The notes under the pieces are model-generated. The model saw only the letters and a list, made by a program, of their open reading frames with translations. It was not told where the DNA came from and searched no databases. Made by a program: the position numbers and the translations under genes. This document shows positions 1 to 8,343 of a stretch of 40,054 bases of DNA, piece after piece. How positions within the stretch are numbered: the first letter of the stretch is position 1; every line of letters begins with the position of its first letter. The DNA is taken from positions 1,919 to 41,972 of the forward strand of contig JBBIUB010000010.1 of assembly GCA_037440465.1 (NCBI GenBank), written 5' to 3'. The DNA comes from Coprothermobacterota bacterium. Lineage in GTDB: Bacteria > Coprothermobacterota > HKB111.

Positions 1-209
1 CCTTTAAACAACCTTCAAAATCATCAGGCACATCTTCTAGGGAGCTGTTGTATAAGTATAAAACAAAAGATATTCATTTGTCAATACAACCCGTTATTTT
101 TTGACACTCTTTTAGTTATTATGTCTAAAGGATAAAGGATAGTTTATACTTGATATTGAAATTGAACCTTTTTAGGAGAAAAGATTTGTCAGTTCTTAAT
201 TATTTTATA

Positions 210-1964
210 ATGGACAATATATTGTCAAGAGTTATCCAACCCTCCCGTTATACAGGAGGGGAGTATAATTCTTTCAAGAAAGACTGGGATAAATCGCCTA
301 TTCGGATGGTTATGATTTATCCCGACCTCTATGAGATTGGAATGAGTAATTTTGGACACTTGCTTCTTTATCATCTAATTAATGAGACCACAGAGTTTTT
401 AATGGAAAGAGCCTATTCTCCCTATATTGACCTTGAAGAGATTTTGAGAAAGGAGAAAATTCCTCTCTTTTCTCTGGAAAGCAAACGACCACTTCACGAG
501 TTTGATATTATTGGCTTTTCCCTGCAATACGAACTAACCTATACTAATGTTCTTAACATACTTGATTTAAGTAATATTCCTCTGTTGCAAAAGGAAAGAG
601 GTGAAAATGACCCTCTCATACTTGGCGGGGGACCCCTAACATCTTTTCCTGAACCGGTAGCACCTTTCTTTGACCTCTTCTATGTAGGGGAAGGAGAAGA
701 AGGACTTCTGGAGATTCTTACAAAGCTAAAAGAGTTAAAGACTAAAAAGGCTTCCAAACTGGATAGACTGATAGAACTGTCCCTTATAGAAGGCGTCTAT
801 GTTCCTTCTCTTTACGAAGAGAGATATGACAAAAGCGGTGAATTTATTGGTCATTTACCCCGAAATGGTTTTAGCAACGTACCTTCTATCATTAAAAGAA
901 GGATAGTTTTAGACCTTAACAAGTCATACTTTCCTGTTAAGCAGATAGTTCCTTTTAAAGAGCCAATTCACGATAGGGGGGTGTTAGAACTCTTCCGGGG
1001 TTGTGGTAGGGGCTGCAGATTCTGTTTGGCGGGTTATTTATACAGACCTCCGAGATTCAAAGACTTGAACCTTCTAAAGGAACAGGCTGTTAAATTGGTG
1101 GAGAATACTGGCTACGAAGCTTTAACCCTGGCTTCTTTCAACTCTACGGATTATCCTGATATAAAAGAACTGATACAGTTCTTATTAGATTATTATGAGG
1201 GGAAGTTAGCTCTTTCACTTCCTTCTCTGAGTATGCGACCTTCTTCTGTAGAATTAGCTTGTGTAAGTGATAATAGGAGAACCAACCTGACCTTTGCTCC
1301 TGAGGCTGCTACCGAAAGGCTGAGGAGAGTAATTAATAAAGGTCTATCAGAAGAAGATATAATTTCCACTATTAGGGAATCTGCAAAAAATGGTTTAAGT
1401 CAGTTAAAGCTTTATTTTATGATAGGGCTTCCAACTGAAAGAGATGAAGATTTAAATGCTATAGAAGACTTAAGTAATGAACTTATAAGAATCGGCAACA
1501 AGTTTAAAACCAGTAGGAGACCTTTCCACTTAAATTTAACTGTTTCACCATTTGTTCCTAAATCACATACACCTTTTGAAAGGGAAGACCAGATGACCCT
1601 TGAAGAAAGTTACAGTAAAATTCGTTACCTAAAAAGTAAGTTGAGAGAACCAAAATTTACTCTTCGGGAGCATTCTCCTTTGATGAGTTTTTTAGAAGGA
1701 GTTTTCGGTAGGGGTGACAGGAAGCTTCACCGGGTTATTATGAAGGTATTTCAGAAAGGAGCAAGATTTGATGCTTGGGAAGAGCATCTTAAATTTTCAT
1801 ATTATAAAGAGGTTTTTGAAGAAGAAGGAATAAATCCAAACGATTACCTGAAAGGTAAAAAAGAGGGTCCATTATCCTGGGATATTATATCTACAGGCGT
1901 TCCAGGAACCTTTCTGGAAAAAGAACGTAATAAGGCGTGGCAGGAGGAGGGAGAGAGGGATTAA
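210..1964 (+). CDS. TIGR03960-family B12-binding radical SAM protein
   Basis: PSRYTGGEYN, YPDLYEIGMSN and GFSLQYEL N-terminal motifs; RGCGRGCRFC CxxxCxxC; LTFAPEA. Start moved from TTG150 to ATG210, where family similarity begins. Confidence 0.88.
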   Translation: MDNILSRVIQPSRYTGGEYNSFKKDWDKSPIRMVMIYPDLYEIGMSNFGHLLLYHLINETTEFLMERAYSPYIDLEEILRKEKIPLFSLESKRPLHEFDIIGFSLQYELTYTNVLNILDLSNIPLLQKERGENDPLILGGGPLTSFPEPVAPFFDLFYVGEGEEGLLEILTKLKELKTKKASKLDRLIELSLIEGVYVPSLYEERYDKSGEFIGHLPRNGFSNVPSIIKRRIVLDLNKSYFPVKQIVPFKEPIHDRGVLELFRGCGRGCRFCLAGYLYRPPRFKDLNLLKEQAVKLVENTGYEALTLASFNSTDYPDIKELIQFLLDYYEGKLALSLPSLSMRPSSVELACVSDNRRTNLTFAPEAATERLRRVINKGLSEEDIISTIRESAKNGLSQLKLYFMIGLPTERDEDLNAIEDLSNELIRIGNKFKTSRRPFHLNLTVSPFVPKSHTPFEREDQMTLEESYSKIRYLKSKLREPKFTLREHSPLMSFLEGVFGRGDRKLHRVIMKVFQKGARFDAWEEHLKFSYYKEVFEEEGINPNDYLKGKKEGPLSWDIISTGVPGTFLEKERNKAWQEEGERD

Positions 1965-1983
1965 TGGAAGGAGGGCACTAAGC

Positions 1984-2622
1984 GTGTTTCGACTACTATT
2001 AAAATATAAAAAAGGAGAAGAAGTTAAATTCCTTTCTCACCTGGAGGAGATAAGGACAATGGAGAGAGCTTTAAGAAGAAGCAAGCTTCTTCTCCTTTAC
2101 TCTCAAGGATTTACTCCTCGTCCACTTCTATCATTTGGACCACCATTACCTGTTGGTTTTACCAGTAGAGCTCAACAAATGGAAATGAGGGTGAGCGATA
2201 AATATACTCCCCTTCAAGTGTTGTCAATAGTTAATCCCTGTCTTCCTGTGGGTTTTACGCTACTTGAGGCTGAAGAATTAAAGATTGATAGCCCTTCACT
2301 GGGAAGTTTACCTGTCAAAATAGAGTATCTCCTAAAAGTAGAGGGAAAAGATGTAGGGACTTCAATATCCCATTTTTTATCTCAGCCACAACATTATATG
2401 AACCGGGGAAGTGAAAAGAAAGGGGCTTACCCGTTTGATGTAAGACCCTATGTTCTTACTCTGGAGGAAAAAGAAAATAAGGTAATCAGAGCTGAACTGC
2501 TATTTACTCCTCAGGGTTCCATCAAGATAAGAGAATTAGAACACGCGTTGGGAATCAAAATTCTTAAAGGGGAAAGAGTAAGCCTTAACATATACGATAT
2601 AAGTAAATTGAGTTCTTTATAG
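1984..2622 (+). CDS. TIGR03936/DUF2344 radical SAM-associated protein
   Basis: KFLSHLE...ERALRRS...YSQGFTPRP..SFGPPLPVG; usual partner of TIGR03960; GGAGG upstream of GTG. Confidence 0.88.
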   Translation: MFRLLLKYKKGEEVKFLSHLEEIRTMERALRRSKLLLLYSQGFTPRPLLSFGPPLPVGFTSRAQQMEMRVSDKYTPLQVLSIVNPCLPVGFTLLEAEELKIDSPSLGSLPVKIEYLLKVEGKDVGTSISHFLSQPQHYMNRGSEKKGAYPFDVRPYVLTLEEKENKVIRAELLFTPQGSIKIRELEHALGIKILKGERVSLNIYDISKLSSL

Positions 2623-2727
2623 ATAATAGATAAATTCAAGCTGAGAATAAGGGATACTAACAAAAGTAGTGTTGATTCAACAATCTAATATTATCGGCTT
2701 AAAATCTGGGTAATTTACCTTTACCTA

Positions 2728-2756
2728 TTGACAGAAATTATTTTTAAAATTAAAAT
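2728..2756 (+). promoter_or_regulatory. sigma70-type promoter of the PTS IIC-IIB genes
   Basis: TTGACA-17 nt-TAAAAT, followed by an inverted repeat TATGGC-N13-GCCATA (2761-2785) and RBS AAGGAGG. Confidence 0.7.
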
Positions 2757-2812
2757 AATTTATGGCTTATACATAATTTGCCATATTTGATTTTAAAGGA
2801 GGTTGTTGTAAA

Positions 2813-4099
2813 ATGTGGGAAACAGTTTTAAAGTGGATTGCTGTTAACCTGCTGGGACAGGTAAGCATCCTGATTGGTTTAATCGCTCTGGTTGGCCTTA
2901 TTCTTCAAGGTAAGAAGTTTGAGCAAGTAATACTGGGTACAGTAAAGGCTATTGCAGGCGTTCTCATCATGATTATAGGTATAGATGCTTTTATTGGCGG
3001 TCTGATAGCCTTTCAAACAGTAGTATCATCTGCTTTTGGTATTACTTCGCCTACGACTACCAGGACCCTGGCTGATTTCACTTCTGCTTATGCTGGTAAG
3101 GCTGTTATGGCTTTAGCTTTAGGATTCTTTATTCATTTACTTTTAACATCTATCCTAAAGATCAGGCTTGTTTACCTCACTGGCCATCTTATGTACTGGA
3201 TTTCTCTTCTTACTACTGCTGCTCTGGTAGAAGTATTTCCCGGCATGGCAACAGGAACTCTCATTTTAGTTACAGCAATTATTTGTGCATTATACTGGAC
3301 ATTCCAACCCCTCTACATTCACAAGATTTTGAAAGTGGTAACTAAGAGCGATGATTTTGGCTATGGTCATACCTCTTCTTTTGCTGGTTTTCTGGCTGCT
3401 AAATTAGGACGTTTTGTTGGAAAACCTGAACAAAGCTCAGAGACAGTAAAGATTCCAGACAGAATTTCTTTCTTAAAGGATATTACTGTCAGCACAGCAG
3501 TCGTTGTTGGTATTATTATGGTTATTTCTGCGATCTTTGCTGATAAAGCTGTTGTTGCCCAGCAGGCAGGTGACCTCAACTCATTAGTATGGGCACTTCT
3601 TCAGGGACTTAAGTTCGCTGCTGGTATAACCGTCTTACTTTATGGTGTTCGTATGTTCTTAGCAGAGATAGTTCCTGCTTTTAAAGGAATCTCAACCAAG
3701 ATTATACCCGGTGCTAGACCTGCTCTGGATTGCCCGGTAATCTTCCCTTATGCTCCTACCGCAGTCATCATTGGTTTTCTCTCAGCCACCGTAGTGTTTC
3801 TCATCTGTATGGTTATTTTTGGTGCAATCGGGTGGGCAGCTATTGTACCTCCTATGATTATGCTTTTCTTCCCTGGTGGCGCAGCTGGTGTATTTGGCAA
3901 CGCCTTTGGTGGTTGGAAGGGAGCTGTATTGGGTGGTGTGATTAATGGTTTATTCCTGGCTTTTGGGCAAGCAATAACCTGGCCACTTCTTGCTAATACT
4001 GCTCCTGAGCTGGCAACTCTTGCAGATCCTGACTGGTATATTTTAGCCTGGATTATTCTGGGTGTAGGAAGAGTTATTAAAGCTATCACTGGCGGGTAA
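2813..4099 (+). CDS. PTS L-ascorbate-family (UlaA/SgaT-like) EIIC
   Basis: Multi-TM protein with VYLTGH, GYGH, GVRMFLAEIVPAFKGISTKIIPGARPALDCP. Confidence 0.9.
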   Translation: MWETVLKWIAVNLLGQVSILIGLIALVGLILQGKKFEQVILGTVKAIAGVLIMIIGIDAFIGGLIAFQTVVSSAFGITSPTTTRTLADFTSAYAGKAVMALALGFFIHLLLTSILKIRLVYLTGHLMYWISLLTTAALVEVFPGMATGTLILVTAIICALYWTFQPLYIHKILKVVTKSDDFGYGHTSSFAGFLAAKLGRFVGKPEQSSETVKIPDRISFLKDITVSTAVVVGIIMVISAIFADKAVVAQQAGDLNSLVWALLQGLKFAAGITVLLYGVRMFLAEIVPAFKGISTKIIPGARPALDCPVIFPYAPTAVIIGFLSATVVFLICMVIFGAIGWAAIVPPMIMLFFPGGAAGVFGNAFGGWKGAVLGGVINGLFLAFGQAITWPLLANTAPELATLADPDWYILAWIILGVGRVIKAITGG

Positions 4100-4104
4100 G
4101 CTCT

Positions 4105-4413
4105 TTGAAGCAGATTAAACCTAAACTCAAAGTAGTTACAGTTTGTGGTGTTGGAATGGGAAGCAGCCTTATTCTTAAGATGACTGTTGAAGAAGCCTTG
4201 AAAGAAGCACAAATTGATGCCATAGTGGAACATTCGGATCTGGGTAGTGTCAAATCCATGAGTCCAGACATCATCGTAGCTCAGAATATGCACGCTACTG
4301 AGGTTGTTGGTCACGCTCCTGTGATTATCAGCATCAAGAACTTCCTGGACACAGAATTTGTGAAGCAAGAAGCACTTCGTCTTTTAAGGGAACAAGGCTG
4401 GATTTCTGATTGA
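4105..4413 (+). CDS. PTS EIIB component (UlaB/Gat/Lac fold)
   Basis: VTVCGVGMGSS phospho-Cys loop; directly follows EIIC. Confidence 0.9.
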   Translation: MKQIKPKLKVVTVCGVGMGSSLILKMTVEEALKEAQIDAIVEHSDLGSVKSMSPDIIVAQNMHATEVVGHAPVIISIKNFLDTEFVKQEALRLLREQGWISD

Positions 4414-4440
4414 AGAAGCTTGTTAAAAAGAATTAGAAAA

Positions 4441-4474
4441 AGAATAGGGGGGCTTTAATAACCCCCCTTATTCT
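4441..4474. terminator. Bidirectional intrinsic terminator between convergent EIIB and EIIA
   Basis: AGAATAGGGGGG-N9-CCCCCCTTATTCT hairpin between two stop codons. Confidence 0.75.
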
Positions 4475-4924
4475 TTATTGGCAGTATTTTTCTAATAAAG
4501 CCATAATTTCTTCTTTGCTGCCTGCTTTACGAAGGTTTTCCAGAACACCCTTCTGGCTTAAAAAGAGTGCAAGCTCCTTTATAAGTTCAACATGACCTTT
4601 ATTATCAATGGCAGCGAAAGCCAGTATTAGATTTACTGGGTCATTGGGGCTTCCAAAATTAACTGGAGTTTTCAGTTTAAGAAAAACTAATCCAACCTTA
4701 AGACTACCTTTATCAGGTTGCGCATGAGGTAAAGCCACGCCTGGTGCAATTACAGCATAAGGTCCCAGGGTTTTCATAACCTCAATCATACCTTCAGTAT
4801 AAGAAGGGACGATTAGGTCTAATTTCACCATCAGTTCTCCAGCCTTCCTTATTGCTTCCTGCCAGTCTTCGGTTTCTACATCCAGAAGGATATTATCTTC
4901 TTTAAGGGCGTCTGATAATTTCAC
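4475..4924 (-). CDS. PTS EIIA component (UlaC/Fru/Mtl-type)
   Basis: DWQEAIRKAG, GPYAVIAPGVALPHA phospho-His motif, PVNFG..NDPV. Confidence 0.9.
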   Translation of the reverse strand: MKLSDALKEDNILLDVETEDWQEAIRKAGELMVKLDLIVPSYTEGMIEVMKTLGPYAVIAPGVALPHAQPDKGSLKVGLVFLKLKTPVNFGSPNDPVNLILAFAAIDNKGHVELIKELALFLSQKGVLENLRKAGSKEEIMALLEKYCQ

Positions 4925-5140
4925 TTTCTTATTATATCAGAGGAGAATTATATTTATTACTCTTATTAATTCAGGAAATTAAGTGATAATATGGACAATT
5001 TTATTGATAAAATAATTTACCTAAGTTGTAGTTGATCGTTATTTTAAGGTTTTCAATTTTATGATGAAAATATCAACTTTTGTAAATATCACCTGTTAGT
5101 TGAACAGAGGTGAATATAAAATAAAGGAGGAAAGACATAG

Positions 5141-5878
5141 ATGTTAGCTAGTGAATATCTAAAAAAGGTTTCGGAGATCCTTAAAAGAATTGAGGAAACT
5201 CAATCAGGAAAGATTAACGAAGCGGCGGAGATTATTACTCAAGCCATCATTGAAGGGCATAAACTATTCGCTTTTGGATGTAGCCACTCTTCTTTGCCTG
5301 TGCAAGAAATCTTCTACAGATCGGGGGGTCTCATGCTGGTTAACCCTATTTTCGGACCTGGCTTATCTCTGGAGGTATTTCCACCCACCTTCACTTCAAA
5401 GATGGAAAGGCTGGAGGGGTATGGAAGGCTTCTGTTGGAGAAGGTTCCAGTCGAGGCTGGTGATGTATTGATTCTTGTTTCCGTCTCTGGACGTAATGCT
5501 GTGCCAGTGGATATGGCCATGGCAGCAAGGGAAAGGGGATTGAAGGTGATTGGGCTCACTTCTATGGAATATACCCTTAGTTTTAGTTCGCGACACTCCA
5601 GTGGAAAAAAAATGTATGAACTGGTAGATGTAATTATTGATAACCCCGTCCCACCAGGAGACGCTCTTCTGGAGTTGGAGGGAGTTCCTCAGAAATTCTG
5701 CCCTGCTTCGGGGGTTACAAACTCTGCCATTCTTCATGCTTTGATGGCTGAAGTTATAGAGAAGTTATCGGTTAAAGGTTTTACACCACCTGTCTATCTT
5801 GCTGCCAATGTGGAGGGAGGAGACGACTACAATAGGAAAATGCTTGAGAAATACAAAGACCGTATTATTTATCTTTAA
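5141..5878 (+). CDS. SIS-domain sugar-phosphate isomerase-like protein (UPF0309-like)
   Basis: FGCSHS, EIFYRSGG, SVSGRN, DNPVPPGDA, PPVYLAAN; RBS AAGGAGG. Confidence 0.82.
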   Translation: MLASEYLKKVSEILKRIEETQSGKINEAAEIITQAIIEGHKLFAFGCSHSSLPVQEIFYRSGGLMLVNPIFGPGLSLEVFPPTFTSKMERLEGYGRLLLEKVPVEAGDVLILVSVSGRNAVPVDMAMAARERGLKVIGLTSMEYTLSFSSRHSSGKKMYELVDVIIDNPVPPGDALLELEGVPQKFCPASGVTNSAILHALMAEVIEKLSVKGFTPPVYLAANVEGGDDYNRKMLEKYKDRIIYL

Positions 5879-5928
5879 AAAACAATCAAATAAACAAGTA
5901 GATAAGAATTAAGTAAAGGAGGTTATTA

Positions 5929-6978
5929 TTGGGAAGAGGAGAACATACTTTTAGGGAGATTATGACCCAAACAGATGCCTGGAAAACAGCCCTGGATGAG
6001 GTATTCTTTCGAAGAGAAGAGATAGAGAGATTATTTTTTTATAATAATTATGAAGAAATTATATTCACAGGTTGTGGTTCTGCTCATTATCTATCAAAAA
6101 CAGCAGCGGCTATGTGGCAGGAAATGACCGGTGTAAGAGCCCTGGCCTTCCCTGCATCTGATATGGTTCTTTTCCCTCGTTCGTCTATAGTAGCTGGGAA
6201 GCCATCTTTATTGGTAGCCATCTCCCGTTCCGGAGAAACTACGGAGACTATTCAAGCTGTTAAGGTCTTCAAAAAACATGGGGGGAAGAATGTCCTGGTT
6301 ATCACTTGCTATGAAAATAGCTCTCTTACTGGAGATGCTTCACTAATCCTGGTGAGCAGGGAGGGAAAAGAGGTTAGTATTGCCCAGACCCGCTCCTTAA
6401 GTAGCATGCTGTTGATAGTTATGGCATTAGCGGAGATATTTGTAGATGGTGTAGATTATAGTCAACAGTTAAAGAGACTACCAGCCATTGGAGATGGATT
6501 GATAAAGAAATATGGCAAGTTACCTGAGAAATTAGGTAGGAATAAAGTGTTTAAGAAATTCTTTTTTTTAGGTTCAGGACATCTTTACGGGCTGGCTTGC
6601 GAAGCCATGCTCAAGATGAAGGAAATGTCCCTTTCATATTCCGAGGCTTTTCATTTTCTGGAGTTTCGCCACGGTCCCAAAGCTTTGATAGATTCGGAAT
6701 CTCTGGTCATAGGACTTTTATCAACGCCAGCAAGGAGGGAGGAGCTGGCTGTGATTAGTGAGATGAGAGGTCTGGGGGCAAAGGCCTTGGTTTTAGCTGA
6801 AGAGAAAGAAGAAAACCTGGAAGTTGACTATCCTGTATCGCTTAGCTCGGGTCTTTTAGATTTCGCAAGAGCCATCCTCTACCTTCCCGTCTTACACCTC
6901 CTGGCTTACCACAAAGCTTTAGCAAATGGCTTGAATCCAGACACACCCGCCCATCTGGATATGGTAGTAAGGTTATAG
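5929..6978 (+). CDS. Double-SIS GlmS/AgaS/FrlB-like amino-sugar-phosphate isomerase/deaminase (no glutaminase domain)
   Basis: TGCGSA, ISRSGETTET, EAMLKMKE, EFRHGP, GLNPDTP; TTG start after AAGGAGG. Confidence 0.85.
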   Translation: MGRGEHTFREIMTQTDAWKTALDEVFFRREEIERLFFYNNYEEIIFTGCGSAHYLSKTAAAMWQEMTGVRALAFPASDMVLFPRSSIVAGKPSLLVAISRSGETTETIQAVKVFKKHGGKNVLVITCYENSSLTGDASLILVSREGKEVSIAQTRSLSSMLLIVMALAEIFVDGVDYSQQLKRLPAIGDGLIKKYGKLPEKLGRNKVFKKFFFLGSGHLYGLACEAMLKMKEMSLSYSEAFHFLEFRHGPKALIDSESLVIGLLSTPARREELAVISEMRGLGAKALVLAEEKEENLEVDYPVSLSSGLLDFARAILYLPVLHLLAYHKALANGLNPDTPAHLDMVVRL

Positions 6979-7011
6979 AGAATATCAGTAATAAGGAGGC
7001 TTAATATAGGC

Positions 7012-7278
7012 ATGAAACAGGTAGTAGTTGCAGTTAACAATCCAACAGGTCTACACGCTCGACCAGCAGCGGTATTTGTGGAAAAAGCCAACCAGTTTGA
7101 GAGTCAGATTCGAGTTAAGAAGGACAATAAAATAGTGGATGGTAAAAGCATTCTCTCAGTTCTGACCCTGGGTGTGGAGCAGGGGCAGGAGATAGAGATA
7201 GAAGTAGAGGGTAAAGACGAAGAATTTGCCTTTCAGTCTCTAGTCAAAGTAATTGAGGATGGATTGGGAGAGATATAA
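7012..7278 (+). CDS. ptsH: HPr phosphocarrier protein
   Basis: GLHARPAA (His15) and GKSILSVL (Ser46) signatures. Confidence 0.95.
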   Translation: MKQVVVAVNNPTGLHARPAAVFVEKANQFESQIRVKKDNKIVDGKSILSVLTLGVEQGQEIEIEVEGKDEEFAFQSLVKVIEDGLGEI

Positions 7279-7336
7279 AATAGTAAGATATTAGAAATAA
7301 ATACTGATTAGATTAAAACGGAGGTTATAAGAATAC

Positions 7337-8068
7337 TTGATTTTTGATGTAATATTTTCTTTCATCTTTATTTATATTTTCTATCTTGGTCTTAAGAAAG
7401 GACTGATAAAACTTCTTGCCGGGATTTTAGCACTGGTAGCAGGGTGGTATGTAGCTATCACTTACCAGCATCATTTTCTCAGGTTTTTAGATAATACTTT
7501 TGGCCTTGTTAGAAAGTTCTCAGTATATCTGGAAAGATATCTCTATAGAATAAATCCCTCTCTCGGAGAAGGTATCAATCAGGAAGGGATAGAGAAAGTT
7601 ATTACCAATCTGCCTCTACCAGCCAACATCAGCGATGTTATTGTAGGTAAGATTGGAGAATTGTCTCGTGGTCTTTATCCTCTTACACTGGGGGGAGTTT
7701 TGGGTAGATTTTTCAGCCTTACCCTTCTCAGCGCCCTGGCATTTGTTGTTCTTTTTCTTATAACCCGTTATCTGTTGGGTTTTACAGCAAACCTATTAAC
7801 TAAGGCCTTAAAGTTTTTACAACCATTAGGCTTTCTTAACCACCTGCTGGGAGGTGTTATTAACCTATCAATTTGGTTACTCATTGTGGTTTTTTTAGTG
7901 GGAATTTTAGAAAGTTCTCTTTCATATCTTTTGCCTGTTTCTATTTTTACTCATATTGATGAGTCTATGATTTTCGGGTTCTTGAAAAGGCTGTCTAATC
8001 TTAAGATTCTGGAGATTCTATTAAACTATTTTTATTCAAGATTTCTGGAACTGATAAAGAGTTTTTAA
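7337..8068 (+). CDS. CvpA (colicin V production) family membrane protein
   Basis: Hydrophobic N-terminus with D...GLKKGLIK, C-terminal LNHLLGG; GGAGG upstream of TTG. Confidence 0.75.
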   Translation: MIFDVIFSFIFIYIFYLGLKKGLIKLLAGILALVAGWYVAITYQHHFLRFLDNTFGLVRKFSVYLERYLYRINPSLGEGINQEGIEKVITNLPLPANISDVIVGKIGELSRGLYPLTLGGVLGRFFSLTLLSALAFVVLFLITRYLLGFTANLLTKALKFLQPLGFLNHLLGGVINLSIWLLIVVFLVGILESSLSYLLPVSIFTHIDESMIFGFLKRLSNLKILEILLNYFYSRFLELIKSF

Positions 8069-8228
8069 CATTAAGAATTTTCTAAAATAATAAAAAACCA
8101 GTTACGATAAAACGAAAAATTAGCCAGTTGTGAGTTTTTGAAATCTTCTTATTTAGCAAGGGATACTTTTATTAATTCAGAAACGTCCCTAATTATTTAT
8201 ATTGAATCCATCATAATTATATAAAACT

Positions 8229-8279
8229 GAACACCCCTTGAAGAGGTGGGAAGTTTATCTTTTTCCTCGAGGGGTGTTC
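8229..8279. terminator. Hairpin/terminator between convergent cvpA-like and thioester-protein genes
   Basis: GAACACCCCT...AGGGGTGTTC perfect 10-bp arms. Confidence 0.65.
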
Positions 8280-8343
8280 TTTGAAACTTGTAGGTTTTAT
8301 ATTTTATCTTCTGTCTTCTGTTTTCTGACTCCTGTGTTCTTTT

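Noticed and set aside
1..84. Divergent promoter (TTGACA-18-TATACT, minus strand) and possible ncRNA or gene running off the window
   Set aside because: Too little downstream sequence to identify a product.
3748..4368. 206-aa antisense ORF and the other short antisense/overlapping ORFs in the track
   Set aside because: Shadows of well-supported genes, with no RBS or recognisable motifs.
8303..8340. Heptamer-like TTCTGNN run (also AGTCAGG/AGTCAGA near 34018)
   Set aside because: Short, degenerate low-complexity repeat with no supportable function.
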